Positions 47,600 to 60,945 of a stretch of DNA of 64,000 nucleotides are shown piece by piece; within the stretch, counting starts at the first letter, position 1, and every line of letters begins with the position of its first letter. The DNA is from the human T2T-CHM13v2.0 reference genome, Homo sapiens. The stretch lies in the NCBI RefSeq assembly GCF_009914755.1, contig NC_060934.1; one strand, given 5' to 3'. Under the pieces are notes generated by a model. It did no database searches, was not told where the DNA came from, and saw only the letters and a list, made by a program, of their open reading frames with translations. A program made the position numbers and the translations under genes.

Positions 47600-49879
47600 T
47601 CACAGTGATCATGTTCACCAAAAGGCAAAGCCATATCCCACAATTTGGAGAAAGGGAGCCAGTTCCTTAAAGCCAACACTCCTTCTAAGGAGGGGTTCAC
47701 TGAGAGTTTGCAGAGAACCAAGGGGACAGTGGGGAGGGAAGAGGTATGAGCCTGAGGCCTGGCTCAGGCAGCAGCAGCTGTGCAAGTATCTCACCAGGAG
47801 CACTACCAGGCTGGGAGCCCCAGCCTCTCTGGCCTCAAGCTCAGCCTAGCCCAGAGAGGCCCAGGGGAGCAGAGCCGAATGGTCCTGAGGAATGACGGAC
47901 TGTCGTCCAGGGCAGGTGGGCAGCTCATGCAGTCAGGATGCACGAAGCAGACCAGGAGGGTGGGGAAGAGCTGGCAGCACCATGGGATCTCTGGGGCCTC
48001 ATTCCTCTAACAATTAATGAATCAAAACCAATTCCCTGCTCCTGCAGATTGGAAACAGGGAACACTGGGTGGGATCATGCTCGCTTATTTATAGCTCTCC
48101 AGCTCCTCATTAATGACTTTTACTGCTCCGCCAATGAAACGTTAGGCTCCCCAGCCAGGATTCACATGGAAGCCTACACTGTGAAAGTTAAATCAGGACA
48201 GTGATGAGTCCTGGGCATGCCTGCAGGGAGCGTCTTGGAGAACCTCGAAAGCAACTGAGCAATGGGGCTTCCTGAAGCACTCCCAGGAACCCAAGCCCAG
48301 ACAGCTCCTCCTGGGCTCCTCCTCAGCCCCAGGCCAGCCCACAAGATGTCACCTCCTCACTCTGCCTTTGAATGTCTGTATTCCTCCCCTATCAGCCAAC
48401 TGGTCTCCCTGCCTCCCAGCCCTTCTTTCTCCAACCCACTCTACAGACCAAAGTCAGTGACAAGCACGCCCTTGAAATATTAGCCATGCTCCCCACTGCA
48501 AGTGATCAAAGTCCAGTTTGTGAGATCCTCCACCGCTCCCCAGCTCCACACATCACAATGGCACCAGTGTACTTGCCAACCTTCACGTGCCCCATGCTCT
48601 CTACATGTAGACATGCCCATTCTAATCTCTATCTTTGCACATGCTGATTCCCTTTTCCTGAAATGCTCTTCCTCCCCTACTTTGCCTTTCACACTTCCAC
48701 TCACTCCCGAAAATCCACCTCAAATGCCTCTTGCTCTTTGGCATTATTTGACTTTTCCCCTGCTAGGCAAAGTTAACCATTCCTTTTCCTGCATGTCCAG
48801 GAATACTTTATCCTAGCACACTTCTATTGCATATATATCATATTATCTCATGCTTAATCCCTAAGGTCACAAGAGGAGGAGCTGAGGCTCATGGCTTTGT
48901 GTATCTTCAGGGTCAGGGCCTGAAGCAGAGATATTCAGAAGATATGGAACAATTGAATGAGCTGAGTGAAAGCACAGAAACATCCATACTAGGGAAATCA
49001 TTTGAAATATCAGTGTTTCAAGGTAAACGAGTAAGTCAGAGAATCAATGGGATGGAACTTATGTTAGGAATGAGGCAATGGAAAATTCTGTCTTGTCCAA
49101 GACTAGAGTTAGCCTTCAGCGCACAATGAGAAAAGATCTTGGAATATGGGGCCTCCTAGACTTGGTTCAGAATCCAGTCCCTGCATGAATGAGTCAAGAG
49201 TCCTGGGCAATTCACTTTATCTAATTCTGCCCAAGAAGGAGGGAGTGGTTCGGGGTCAGAAAAGGACAACGAGAAGCTTGGGAGAAAGCAACGGTGCTGT
49301 CCTGGGGCTGGCAAAGGAAGGGAGAGACAAGCAGCCAGATGTGAGAACCCTTGGTTCCATGGGGCCCCAGGCAGGACAACTCAGGTCCCAAGACTATGAA
49401 GCACAGCTGGCTCAGAGAGGGTGGAGACTTGGGCAGCACAGGGAGCTCTCTGAGGAGCTCGGCTATGCCCAGGACATAGACTAAGGGGGAAAGAAAGGGA
49501 CAGGTGTGGCCACATCCAGGGAAGGCTGGGGCCAGAAAAGGATCCCTAGGGTAACCAAGAAGGTGCTTCCAGCTCTGTTTAGAAAAAGGCTGAAAAAGAG
49601 GATAAGGTTATGGCAGTGCTCAGGGTGGGGCAAGGACATGCCTTCTGCTGCAGACAAGTGGGAGAGGAGGAAGGGAGCTGTGCCAGGGCCCCCTCAACTA
49701 ATCACTGAACCGCATGGCCTCCCTGGGAAGTGGGTACTACTACCCCATTCTAGACAGGAGGAACAGGAGCAGAGATCCTAGGTTACAGCATTGCCTAAAA
49801 TCACAGGGGAGCCTGGGTTCAAACCCTGAGCTGTCTCTGATCTCAAAGTTAAGAGACCAGCCCAGGAGACAGTCAGGCC

Positions 49880-50050
49880 ACTGTGGTAGCTGTGTGCCCT
49901 CAGGCAAGCCACTTAACCTCCCTGAGCCTCTATCCCTCACCTGTAAATGGATAATAACAGTCCCACCTCCTAGGGCTGACATGAGAATTAAATGAACTAA
50001 TTCATGTAAAAAGTTTAGAATAACGTTTGTTACATAGTAAGTGTTCAAAA
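49880..50050 (+). mobile_element. MIR SINE
   Basis: tagctgtgtgccctcaggcaagccacttaacctccctgagcctc...ctgtaaatggataataacag...gagaattaaatga. Confidence 0.72.
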
Positions 50051-53000
50051 AAGGATCAACTTCTGTTGTTATTCACAGCCCTCTCATATGGGATCCTGTT
50101 TTTAGAGACTCGGCCAAGTAGAGAGTGGAGGAGCTTGGGGCCAATTCCTTCATTCAGTCTGGGCGGGCAGAGGTAGTCTCAGCACTGTTGAGCAGAAAAG
50201 CTCTTGGCCAGACACCAATCATGGCCTGGCCCTAGGAAAGAGGCAGCCGGCTTCCCAGAAATTCCACATGCCTGCGGGTTTGGTGCTCCTGTAAGCAACA
50301 CCTCGTAAGCAACACCTCTCCAGAAGTCACTGGGCCATGGGAACAGAGAATGTCCACTGCACCCTAAAACAGGCTCAGGGAGGGAGCTACACGGTGGTCT
50401 CTCCTCCTGCTGGCCTTTGGGCCAGCTGGTCTCCTGGTAACAGACCACTGAGAAGCCCATGAAGGCCAGGTCTGAGGAACCGGAGCCTGCAGTTAGACTC
50501 CTATGGACAGGCCACACCACAGAGCCTGCCTCAGCCCTCCCTGCAGCCCCGGGCCACCGGGCCTGATCCTGTGTCCAATTCTCCCCTACCCCACCTGCAT
50601 TTGTCTCCTGAAAGACAAGAACATCCAGACAGCAGGCTCCAGCATCCCTCCCAGATGGAGAACTGAGGCTCTGTGAGGTTTCTGGCTCTCCCTCTTCATC
50701 TCAACCTATGTCTGACTTTTGTTTTTAGCTTTCTCTGGCTCTCTCATTCTCCTTATCATTACTTCTGACTTTCTGAGTCTTGGTCCTGTGTGTGTGTGCT
50801 TGTGCGCGTGTGTGTGTGAGTTCATGCACGCACCAGCAAAGGTATATGCAGGTGTATGGGTGGAAATTACTCCCCCCACCGCAGCCTATGTCCTGCCTCC
50901 CTGGTAGGGCTGACTGCTCCAAAGCTCCTGTCTGTGCCAAGGCTCTCATCTCCACCCTGCATTTGGAAGCTGACCAGGATGCCCCCTGCTAGGCCCTCAG
51001 CTGTCTAGTCTCTCCCACCCCAGGTGATTCATGCAGCAGGAGCAAAACTCACTCCTTGGCCAGCAGCCCTTCTAGGAAAGGTTGGAGTGGCCCACCCTGC
51101 CAGCCTAACCAGCCCCAAGCCCCAGCTCCAAGGCCTTGCACTAATCCTGCAGCATAGCCAGCAGACTTCCCAGGGCAACCTCCAGGCTTCAGGATATAGC
51201 GCAGGGTCTGGAGGCTATGCTGTGTCCTCATCTCTGCACCTGCTGTTCCCCTGCCAGAAGCTCACTGTCCCCTGTTGGCCCCTATCTACCTGGTGAATCC
51301 TTCTCATCTACCCAGACAAGTGCCTCCTCCTCTCCAGGGACCTTCTTGTTTACCCACAATCAGGACAACACAGGCCCTTCCTCTGATGTCACTTTCTGCT
51401 TTATATGTGATTGCAGCTCAGTGTCATTGACTGCTCCTTGGTCCCTGTCACCACCTGCACTGAGCACCCTCAGGACTTGTGTCTCCCTAGCACCCCGCAT
51501 GGAGTGGGACCCCCAGCTCTGGATGCCTTGGAGCAGCAGGCAGCAACAGGACAATGCGGGATGTACATCATCCTGGCCTGGCCCTGGTCCACCCACTATC
51601 GACAGCACAGCCCGAGACAGCTGTGCTCACCAGGCAAACCACAGGCAATGGCAGCCAGTCATCACCCTGTGGGTCTGTCTCTGGGGTAAAAGTCACAGGG
51701 ATGCCCACACCCACCTCACTCCCTCTACAACTGCCTGGGCAGGTCAGGTGGGAGTGCATGCAGCCCTCTGTGCCGCTCCCTGGCCTGTCACCTGGTGGGG
51801 ACCAAGACAGAAGCACTGGCCTGAAGCCTGCCAATGGGCAGGTCTAGCCCATTCCCTCAAGGGGAATGTGCCACCCCTACACCCCCAGCTGCTGGGCTCT
51901 TGACCCAGAACCCCCAATCCATCGTCCACCTTTCCTGACTCCATTACCAGGGGACTGTGCCCACCCTCCAGTGTGAGTTCAACGCTGCCAACTGCCCAAT
52001 GGCCCTTAAACCAGGTATTTGGGCTACAGGTCCCTCTTCAAGGGCCATCCCTCCACAGACGCCGCCCCTCCCTCACTCTGCCCAGCCTAGTTGTTTACCG
52101 ACCTTGGCTGCCAGCAAGCCCCCAGCATGCCTTGCAGCCAAGCCCAGGGAGATGACCTATGAGGGGCAGCACCCCCGCTCCCCTTCTCCCTGCTCTGCAC
52201 ACTACTCCCCTACAGCCCTGGTCACGTGTGGCCCCCCGTCCCAGAGTGAGGGCAGGAGGGAGAGAGCTGGGGTGAAGCTGGGGAGGTAGTGGGGGTAAAT
52301 GGAGCGGGTTCCCCCATCCCAGGTCCTTTCTGTTCTTTATATCTTTCTTGTGATTCTTATGTGGCCAAGTGCAAGTGGACTGTTGTCCACATTTACTGGT
52401 CAAAATGCTAACTCCAGGGGACTGTGAACAGAATGAGGAAGAGGCAAAGTGACACTACGGAAGCTGAAGGCATCTCTCACAAACTAACTCTGTCCAGCCA
52501 GTCCACAGATGCTCCCCCCGGGAGGCAGCCTGGGCTGTGCAAAGAGAATGGACTTGGCAATCACGAAGCCCAGGCCCCAGCCCACCTCTACCACACAGCA
52601 GCCCAGAGCCTGGGTTGGTCATGCCTCATGCCTTATTTTGTAAAATGGGGGAAGGGCAGAGAAGAACAAGTCATGGCACCTGCACCACACACAGATGTGA
52701 AAATATAGCCACTGGCACAAAATAGATCTTGAATAAGTTCTAAAATGCTAATTCCTCCTCCTCGGGAAGTGTTCATTCATTCATTCATTCATTCATTTAC
52801 CAATCAAGTGCTAAACACACTCCTTCTTGGCCCCTTTGAAACTAAAAGCCACATTAGTGCAGAGGACGCCGATTGACACAAGAGAAAGGAGGCTCTCCAG
52901 AACTCTCAGAGAGAAGGACTGGCCCAGCGGTAAGAGGATAGGTTCTGGCACCGAACTACCCGGACTCGAATCCCTGCTCTGCACCTTACTGCTGTGGGCA

Positions 53001-54510
53001 AGTCACACCTGCTCCATGCCCTACCCTGAAAACGCGGTTATGATAGTCCTGACCTCATGGAGTAATAATGAGAGTCGAGTTAGTACTGAGGAAGCACTTT
53101 GACCAGCACCAGTAAGTACAGGTAACTTACCACCCACTGCAAGAAGAGTGAGAAGAAAGCAGCCTGGCCAGGTTCAAACTCAAAACCAAGCTAGGAGAGT
53201 GAGGTCTGGGCTGATGGTCAGACGCCTGGGCATGTCCAAGGCCATCCTCTGCTCATCGGTGCCATCTCTGAGCAGGATGCCCAGGTGCAATTCTGCAGGT
53301 GAGGGGTGAGGGGTGCCACACCCAGCCTGTGTCCCACATGCTGCAGGAGCTCTTCTCATTCACCCCAAGTTTTGCATGGGCTTTGCTTTCCAACACCTCA
53401 TCGCCGTCCTAACAGCCAGCATGACAGCACACAGCCTCTGAAGTTGTTGACATGAGGCCTGTTTTAGAGAATGAGTCAGCCAGGTGTCGGGGGTGCACCA
53501 TGCACCCAGCACCAGCATCTGAGGGGACCACCCTGGGGGCAAGGGTCTCTCAAGATGGAAAAGTGGATACAGGTGCTGACTGGCCCCCAAAGCCAGCTTT
53601 CTCAGCTTGATCAACCCTGCGCCTCCAGGAGGAGGCAAAGCCATCACGACATAAGCCATGGCCAGCACCTCCCTGGCCATTCAGCCTGGCCCTGCTCCTA
53701 ATATTTTCTGAGACAGAGCCCAGCTGGCCCTGGGACGTTACCATCTCAGCCCCCAGGTGCTTCAGAGCAGTCGGGGAGAGAAATCGGAAATCTCCTGCAG
53801 CCAGCAGGGATGAGAGGGGCTCTTTGCCAGTGATAATGAAAATTTTCACAGTAGCAGATGCTCAGAGAAAATTGAAAAATAATACAACAAAACTCACAAA
53901 CCAGAGAGGAACTTTAGAGAATCCTGGTTGGTGAGGCTCCATCTTCCCACCAGCACATTTCTAGCCATAATAGACAGATTGGGAGCCACATTCTCCCAGC
54001 AGGTTATCAAATTGCCTCCCGGAAACCCCCCACAAAACTCCTCAAGCACGCCGTGCTGGGAACACAGAACTGAGGCAGATCCCAGCACAGGCCCCAGCAA
54101 AGGCTATCTGGAGAGGAAGCCTTTGTGGGCTGTGGGCTGTGGGAGTGGTGGAGGTCCAGCAGGTGGAGTGGGGGTGGACAGTCATGTAGCCTGGGGTGTC
54201 AAGGGGGCTTCACAGAGGACAGCAGCTGATGCTGGGGCAGAGAAAGAGGACAACCCAGGCCAGTGGCTGCTGTGAGCCAAGGCCCAGCACCCTCCAGGAA
54301 TGGCCCGCTCACACTGGGGTGAGAGGTTGGGTGACGGCTGTTAGGAGGAAAGGGAGGGTGGAGTCCCCAGAAGTCTTTGGATGATCAGCTGAGGGGCTTT
54401 GTTTTGATCCCAGGAGCAGCAGGGAGCCTTGAAGGCAGGACCTGCTCAGAGCTTGCTTCTGGGAAAGTGGCCACAGGGAGGATGCAGCCAGAGGGCTGGA
54501 GGTGGAAGCC

Positions 54511-54557
54511 CCCTCCCCCTCCTCCTCCTTCTCCTCCTCCTCCTCCTCCTCCTCCTC
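54511..54557. repeat. (TCC)n polypyrimidine microsatellite
   Basis: ccctccccctcctcctccttctcctcctcctcctcctcctcctcctc. Confidence 0.88.
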
Positions 54558-56426
54558 ACCCGGAAGGAACAGGGGTAGGGAGGGCAGGGGGTGGGAGGCA
54601 GCAGGAACAGCATCAGGGCCATCACAGAAACAGGGGACAGAGCCAGCTAAAGCATGGGGGGAAGAAGGGGACAGGCCAAGGACAGACACCAAACCCCAAG
54701 AACCCTGAAGCTGGCAGGACTAGGGAAGGGCACCTACCATGCGGTGGTCCCCGAGGGTCCTGCATGCCATCTCATGGCATCCTCCCAGGCCTAGAGGGGG
54801 GGCCACCCATTTGCAGAGGGGGCACCTGAAGCTTGGCGATGTGAGCCCTCTTGCCAGGTATGATCCACTGCATGGCTAGTGGGGAGTGAGCTAGGACAAG
54901 AACTCAGGGCTTCCAAGGGGCACACTCTGCCCACCCCAAGCCTGGGCTTCCAGGTGCCTCCCAGCCCAGGGGGAGGGCGTGGTCAGTCCTTCAGCCTCCA
55001 GTCAGCACCTTAGCTGCCCTCAGAGCCTTGAGGGACTCGGTGCCATCTGAGTGCCCAGGGAAGGGGTGGTGGGAGCAGTGGGTCAGGTGGGGAGGAAAAG
55101 CGGGGCCTTCACCCCACTCTGTCCTGAAGAAGCCCCATAGAAACCATGCATGTTGCAGGCCAGGCTGAGCTTAGGGGCCACCCAGCAGCTGGGGAGCAGG
55201 CCTGTTCACTGAAAAATGGAGGGGCCTCTGAAAGACGCACCCCAGGAGAGGCAGCCTGGCAACCCAGGGCAGTGGAGCTGTAGGAGCCCCTAAGTGCCAG
55301 GGCCAGCCACTGGGACAGATCAGATCCAAGACCTCTGAAGGGGAGAAGGGGTGTAAGCATGGGCAAAACTGCATTATGCCATTCCCCAAGTTGGAGTGGA
55401 CACAAGTCACAGAGCCCGAGCACTTCCCTGGAGCCCAGCTGAAGGGGGGCAGGGCACCCCCTTCCTCACCACAACACCAAGCCACAAGGGCACTAGGGCC
55501 ACAGTCAGGCAAGGGCTAGGAGTGTCAGGTGCACACCCAAAACAGCACCGTCACCCCCTGGGGGGACATGCGAGACTGCATCCCCCCCTCCACAGCAAGC
55601 TCAGCTGGGGTCATAGGGTCCCCACCCCACTGTGAACTATGAGCTCCTGCTGGCTGGGAGAGAAGCCTGGGCATGTATGCTCCCATGCCACTGACCTGCT
55701 TCTGGGGAGCACTATGGTATACCAAACCAAGGCAGAGGGGCTCTGAGAATCCCCCCAAAATACCACATACTGCTCATTGCTCTCTGCATTCCCTAAGGGC
55801 CTTTTTCTGCAGGGAAAGTGGCTGAGAGCGGGATGGCTAGGTCTGGAGGGCACAGTAGGTTGCTCTGGTGCTCAGCTCCAGCCCTGCCCTGCGCATGGAA
55901 GATGGTGCTCCCTTTCTCCACCCCCTGCCCAGACACCTTCCCTGGAAAGAGACAAAGAGATGACAGGCAGAAGGACACAGCTGCCAGGACACACACCAGA
56001 GAAGGAACAGGAAGCTGCGGAGCTGTGGCTGGGGGCTCGGCCCCTCCAAATGCCCTGCCTGGCACGCATGCAGGCACACCACCCACAGGCACATGGCCCC
56101 CAGCACATGCACACATGGCTGCTCTGCGCTGAGGAGGCATCCCCATGATGGTGCAGGGAGCTTTCCCAGTCACACCCAAGGCCACTGAACCTCTCAGGAG
56201 ATTTGGAGGGATGATTCCAGGCAGTTCTGGAGGTATGGGGAGGGGCTCTGAGGCCTACCTCTGCACTGTCTCCAACAAGGGCAGCTCAGCTCAGGCTTTG
56301 AGGCAGGGGCACTCCCTCCCTCAAGCCCATGGGAGTGGGCAATCCCCAGCCCAGCTTGGGTCGGCTTTCCAAGAAGTGACTGAGGTAGCACAGACAGCAA
56401 GTGACAACTGCATGCTGTGTCTATCA

Positions 56427-56670
56427 CAGACGAAGGACCAGCAGGTGATAGACCAGGGACCAGCAAGTGATAGACCAAGGACCAGCAGATGACAGACGAG
56501 GGACCAGCAAGTGATGGACCAAGGACCAGCAGGTGATAGACCAGGGACCAGCAAGTGATAGACCAAGGACCAGCAGATGATAGACCAAGGACCAGCAGGT
56601 GATAGGCTAAGGACCAGCAGGTGATAAACCAAAGACCAGAAGATGACAGACCAAGGACCAGCAGGTGATA
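56427..56670. repeat. 22-bp minisatellite, ~11 copies (GACCA(A/G)GGACCAGCA(G/A)(G/A)TGATA)
   Basis: Units counted directly in the sequence. Confidence 0.93.
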
Positions 56671-58945
56671 CACTGATATTCCAAGTCACATGAAAGAAGG
56701 AAAACCTTCCTGGGATGCCAGGCACATGTTCCCTCCAACTGTACTCCGGTTTCACCCCCTCCAACCTCTTGAACTCCCGGAATCCCCACCCTCCCAAGCT
56801 CCCACCCCCGACACTCCCAGCATACACAGATGCACACACCTATTTTCTGCATCTGCTTAAGTCACAACAGCATTGGTTGAAGGAAAGTGTGCTGACTGGC
56901 TAAGTGAGCCCAAGTGTCCACACCTACCCAGGCAGAGCCTTACCAGAGAGGGGTAAGCCTCCTCCTCCCCCAGTACATTCTTGAAAGGTGGCCCACACTC
57001 CATTCAGCTCATGAGAAAAGAGACCAACCCAAGGCTCCTGGGCTTGGGAGTCCCCAGAGGAGAACACAAGGAGTCCCAGGCATGAGGATGCTGCCACCCA
57101 CTGCCCTGCCACAGCTGGATCCATGGCTGCTTCTGCTCTGACAGGTTCTCATGGGGACTGGGCAGGATGGGATGTGGGGAGCACAAAAATAGGGGAGACG
57201 CACTCTACTCTCAAAGACCCCAGCCCAGATGGCAGCTGTCCTGCACCTCCATCAACCCGTAGGGGCTCTAGGAAGCTAAAGGAAGGTGTAAGCTGAGGAG
57301 ACAGCCAGCTGCTATCCTTAGTGCACCCAGGTTTCACCTCCCTCTACGCAGCCATCCAGAGCACTGGCCACTAAAATAAGCTCAGCCATTGTCACACCAA
57401 CCACCAAGCCCATGGCTCTCTGTCCCTTCCTCCTCACCCTTCAAAGTTCAATTCAAGTGCCCCTTCCCCCAGGAAGCCCTTGAGATTTTCCCACCCTCGC
57501 AACATCCAGAGCTCAGCTCAGCCGGGGCATTATCACTCTGAATCATCACCCTCTGCCTCCACCACCAGGCTGTGAGCTGTTGGAATTTACGAACCGTGTT
57601 GAGGCCACTTCAGGGTCCCCAAGGCACAGGTGCCGGAGGAATGTTTACTGAAGGAGTGAATGAAACTATTGCATTAGATCAAGCCCAGGTGCAGAGGACT
57701 GGTTTCACATAGAAAGCATCGATTTTGCCCTACAGAACCCTGACTCCAGTTTTCCAGCAGACAACCCTGGTGTGAAGACAGAGGGGCGGGGAGGAAGGTA
57801 GGGGCTGACATTTCCCAGCCCCTCCCAGGCCGGTGGGGAGCTGAATAGCTCAGTGACTTGTCCAGGAGCCCGAGGTAAACCACAGACTAAGAGCCAAGAG
57901 TCATGATTCACTACTTGCATTTCTCCAGCCATGACACCAGCAAAGGAAACTGCCCAGGATGAGCTCAGCACTTTTTTGCCTTAAATGGTTGAGTGTTTTT
58001 TAAAAGGATATAACACCAAGGGAAGCAGTACTCAAGGCTGAGAATTACGAATATTTATAGCGTTTAAGCATAATCGTATTCAGATGAGGACTATATATTG
58101 CTCACGGCAATTTGCACTCTTCTCAAAGCGTGTATTTCTGCAGGGAAGGAGGCCCAGTGGCTGGATGTCGGCCTGGAGACAGCAGGGTCCAGAAGGTACA
58201 GGAGAGCTGCTAGCGTCCCAGCTCCAGCCCCACCTAGACATGAAAGACAGCATCTGCCAGACACCCTGCCCTGGAGGGGGACCAAGAAGGCCCATGGGCC
58301 TCAAGTTGTTGGGGAGAGGAGCAGAAAGAACTGCTAAGGACCAGCTCAGAAACTTAGAGGTCCCCCAGCTCTTTGGGTGACAGGACCCTTTTATAAAGTT
58401 CAAAACTGGCTCCTACATGAGGTAGCTGTACTTTAGTACCTGCTGCTGGAGAGCACTCATTGTGACCTCAAGCCAATGTGCCCTCAGCAAATGAACCTGC
58501 ATGTTATTACAGCAACCATGACATCACGGCCGTGTGTGAGCATCAGGTCACCATCAAGGCTGCAGGCATTCGTGGGGTCTTTTCTACAGAGCTGGGGGCC
58601 TCATGGGGACCCACTCATTGGGGCTTTGGAATTCCACAGGCCCGATTCAATTAATAGTCACCTAATGAAGGTGACAAGACCCTGCAGGTGGACAGGTAGG
58701 CTGATGGGGCAAAGGACAGAGGCATGAGAAGCAAGAAGAGCGTAAGAACGAAAGGGAAGAATGACATCCCGGAAGACCTCAGAGCCACGTCTCTGGACAG
58801 GGGACCTGCCTGTTTCCCGCACAGACCTACTGGGGATCCTACCCACCCACCCCTGGCCGTCACACGTCATACGCCTCACTCATATATGCAAAGCTATTGA
58901 AAAGCCACCTCCCTGAGCTGACACCCCATGAAGCAGTGGTCAGAG

Positions 58946-59273
58946 CCCACCCCAGCACACCCTCCCACCCCAGCATACCCTCCCACCCCAGCATACCCTC
59001 CCACCCCAGCACACCCTCACTCCCACCCCAGCACACCCTCCCACCCCAGCACACCCTCCCACCCCAGCATACCCTCCCACCCCAGCATACCCTCCCACCC
59101 CAGCACACCCTCCCACCCCAGCATACCCTCCCACCCCAGCACACCCTCCCGCCCCAGCACACCCTCACTCCCACCCCAGCACACCCTCCCACCCCAGCAC
59201 ACCCTCACTCCCACCCCAGCACACCCTCACTCCCACCCCAGCATACCCTCCCACCCCAGCATACCCTCCCACC
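58946..59273. repeat. 18-bp minisatellite CCCACCCCAGCA(C/T)ACCCT, 17 copies, four with an extra CACT
   Basis: Units counted directly; explains the PPQHTL / CWGGRV repetitive ORFs. Confidence 0.95.
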
Positions 59274-60559
59274 TTCAGTTTTCCCATTGGAGTGGGGTGT
59301 TGGCAGCAACAGGAGTCACCTTGGACAAGTGCCCCAAGTCCCAGCCCGGCCTCCTCACCCACTCCCTCCAGAAGCAGCAGTCCCAGCAGAGAGGCAGCCA
59401 GGCCTCCCCTCACCCGCAGCCCCCTAAACCAGCTGGCGGTCCTCCCTGAGCTCAGCCAGCTTGCACACACTAACTAGGAAATGGAACTGCCAAAGGCCAC
59501 CTGGAGACAACTGCAGGGAATTACCAGGCCTCAGCCTTGCTGCTTTTCCTGATTTGGTGCTGCATGCCCTGCTGGCACAGGCCTCCTGCCCTGCAGTTTA
59601 TCCTTCACTACATTATCAAGCATCTACCAGAGGAGCCACCCTGAGCTGTGCGCCTGCAGCTGGTGGAAAGGGGAAGCCTCCAAAGCCACAGAGTCAAGAA
59701 AGGGAGCCTCCCTCTGATATGGGCCTGGGTGAAGCCACCTGCTCTACCAGGGCAGCTTCCCAGTGGGGAAGAGGCTTGAGAGGAGGGACTGAGCCTGGGG
59801 AAAGGAGAAGCCTGGAAAGGTGGAGTTGAGAAAAGGAAGACGAAAGACAATGGCAACTGGGGCCGCCCCTCCCCTCAAAGGGGCCCTTCTGGGGTGTATG
59901 GTGGGTCATAGGCACTGAGGTGGCCCATGAGACCAGCATTAAGGCAGGGGTGGTGGAGAGCTCATAGTACTCCCTAAGAACTTGCTCATAGTAGTGGGGG
60001 GCTGCAGCCCCAGCACCAAGGCAGGAGCTCCTGGTCTTTTCATTTTCCTGCCTCCAGCCTTGCCTCTTGGGCTAACTGCTCACAGGAGCAATCTTCCTAA
60101 AACCCACACCTGCTTAAGACTCTCAAAGACTCCCATTCTCACAGAACTAGCAGCCAGAGACCCAGCCCCAAGACCCTCATGAGCTCAGCCAGCCCAGTTC
60201 CCCAGTCCCTTCCCAATACCTGCTCCCACCCCATTCCTTACTCTGCTGTCCTTCCTCACACGTCTGAGCCCCAGCCCATGCCAGCCCTCTGCCTGGAGGA
60301 TGCTCGGCCCAGCTCCCACCTGTGAAGTCCCTGCTTGGTCCTCAGCATGGCTCCCCTCCCAAGGTGAGCTCCTGTGGTGGCCATCCTCCCTCCATCATGG
60401 GTGCTCCATGCACCGTTCCCACCACTAGACTGTGAGCCACTGCAGGACCTAGGCCATGCCTCATCTGTGCTTAGCCCCAGGCCCTGCATGGTGCCTGACA
60501 CATGGTAGATACATAGTAAACACTGAGGAAAATGCTGAATGATGGCCACAAAAGAACAG

Positions 60560-60945
60560 ACAGATGGGTAGGTAGATGGGTGGGCAGACTGATGGGTGAA
60601 TGGATAGATCAACAGATGGGTGGATGGAAGGATAGTTGGATGGATGGAAGGAAAGATGGTTGAATGCGTGGATGGATGGGGGACCGGGTTGGGGTGGATG
60701 GATGTGAGGTGAGTGGGTGAGTAGGTGGGTGGATGAATATGTAGGTGGTTGGGTGAGTAGGTGGGTGGATGGATGTGTAGGTGGTTGGTTGAGTAGGTGG
60801 GTGGATGGATGTGTAGGTGGGTGGGTGAGTAGGTGGCCGGATGGATGTGTACATGGGTGGATGGAGGGGTGGGGGAGAGGATGGTGTGGTGAGGAGTGAA
60901 TGGGGGTGGCTTGGTGCATGGGAGGGGGTGGGTGGGGTGAATGGG
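60560..60945. repeat. (GGAT/GGGT)n-type repeat with an embedded 36-bp unit x4
   Basis: gagtaggtgggtggatggatgtgtaggtgg(t/g)tgg(g/t)t repeated from ~60719; lies next to an L2-like 3' end at ~60420-60540. Confidence 0.85.

Noticed and set aside
56427-56670. Regular repeat array resembling a CRISPR array
   Set aside because: Head-to-tail 22-bp units with no unique spacers, no cas genes, and a eukaryotic context: a minisatellite.
58860-59470. Pro/His-rich and Gly/Trp-rich repetitive ORFs
   Set aside because: Translations of the 18-bp VNTR; no supporting splice or promoter context.
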